A stretch of 64,000 nucleotides of DNA from Stegostoma tigrinum (Eukaryota): the NCBI RefSeq assembly GCF_030684315.1, contig NC_081394.1:4744163-4808162 (forward strand), written 5' to 3'. Positions 63,492 through 64,000 of this stretch are shown piece after piece. The number at the start of each line of letters is the position of its first letter. Positions within the stretch are counted from its first letter, which is position 1. The translations under genes were made by a program, and so were the position numbers. The notes under the pieces were generated by a model that made no database searches, had not been told where the DNA came from, and was given only the letters and a program-made list of their open reading frames with translations.

Positions 63492-64000
63492 TGATGGAAA
63501 ATAAAAATATAGGGGCAGGCGAAAGGTTAAATCTGACAGTGATCAGTAGGATGATGCACTGAATTATAGAATGTTGCAATAATCAATGAAATGCTGTACC
63601 TTAATAGAATGAGGTGCTTGAACAGGTCAAGGGAGTGTAGAGCAATAGTTGTATAACCAGGCTAGCTATTAACAGCAGCTTAATTAGGTTGATTAAAGCA
63701 GGTAACTTAGAAGCAAGAGCTAGCATGATGTAGTCAACCCGAGGCGAAGGACCGTCGTGGCAGATGTAGTAATAGATAATCAGTATCTTATAGACTAAGT
63801 TTGAAGTAGAAGAGACCATTGTGTAGTAATAAATAATCGTTATCTTAGTTTGAAGAAGAAACAGCCATCGTGGCAGAAACAGAAAGATAACATAAACTAA
63901 CAGCATTGACTTCCTGCCTCAGTGTAGAAGGATAACGCCCTACTGACACCGTTGGGCACGCTGGCAGTCTGAGAAAGAGCGTGATAACGGAAAATATATA
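63492..64000 (+). mobile_element. Probable LTR (U3 portion) interrupting a CR1 fragment, truncated by the window end
   Basis: Abrupt switch from CR1 sequence to a TG-initiated A-rich sequence with imperfect ~60-bp direct repeats and a TATA-like run at the window edge. Confidence 0.45.

Noticed and set aside
63601-63906. Hydrophobic 101-aa ORF as gene B TM exon or mitochondrial insertion
   Set aside because: Wrong strand for gene B, no recognisable mitochondrial motif, and its internal repeats fit an LTR-like sequence better.

Overview
Repeat-dense vertebrate genomic DNA, most likely a shark or other elasmobranch. That is inferred from the HE1/V-SINE-like, CR1/HER1-like and Penelope-like repeats, not proven. 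There are two assembly gaps (6134-6345, 53237-53567). I reconstructed two intron-containing B7-family immunoglobulin-superfamily genes arranged head-to-head. Gene A is on the minus strand and looks complete: non-coding exon 1 with TATA/CCAAT/kB promoter motifs, then leader, IgV, IgC, TM and two cytoplasmic exons; all coding junctions are phase 1, giving about 336 aa. Gene B is on the plus strand: leader, a 7-Cys IgV and an IgC strongly resembling ICOS ligand; its TM and tail are not found and probably lie beyond the window. The ~38 kb between them and the introns hold CR1 and L2 LINE fragments, tRNA-derived SINEs, a decayed Ty3/Gypsy element, a probable LTR at the right edge and several minisatellite families. 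There are also three families of Penelope-like elements whose terminal repeats carry minimal hammerhead-ribozyme motifs and often insert as inverted hairpins, including a 390-bp-arm near-perfect palindrome. Most ORF-track entries are repeat artefacts. Exon coordinates were counted from splice signals; repeat boundaries are approximate.
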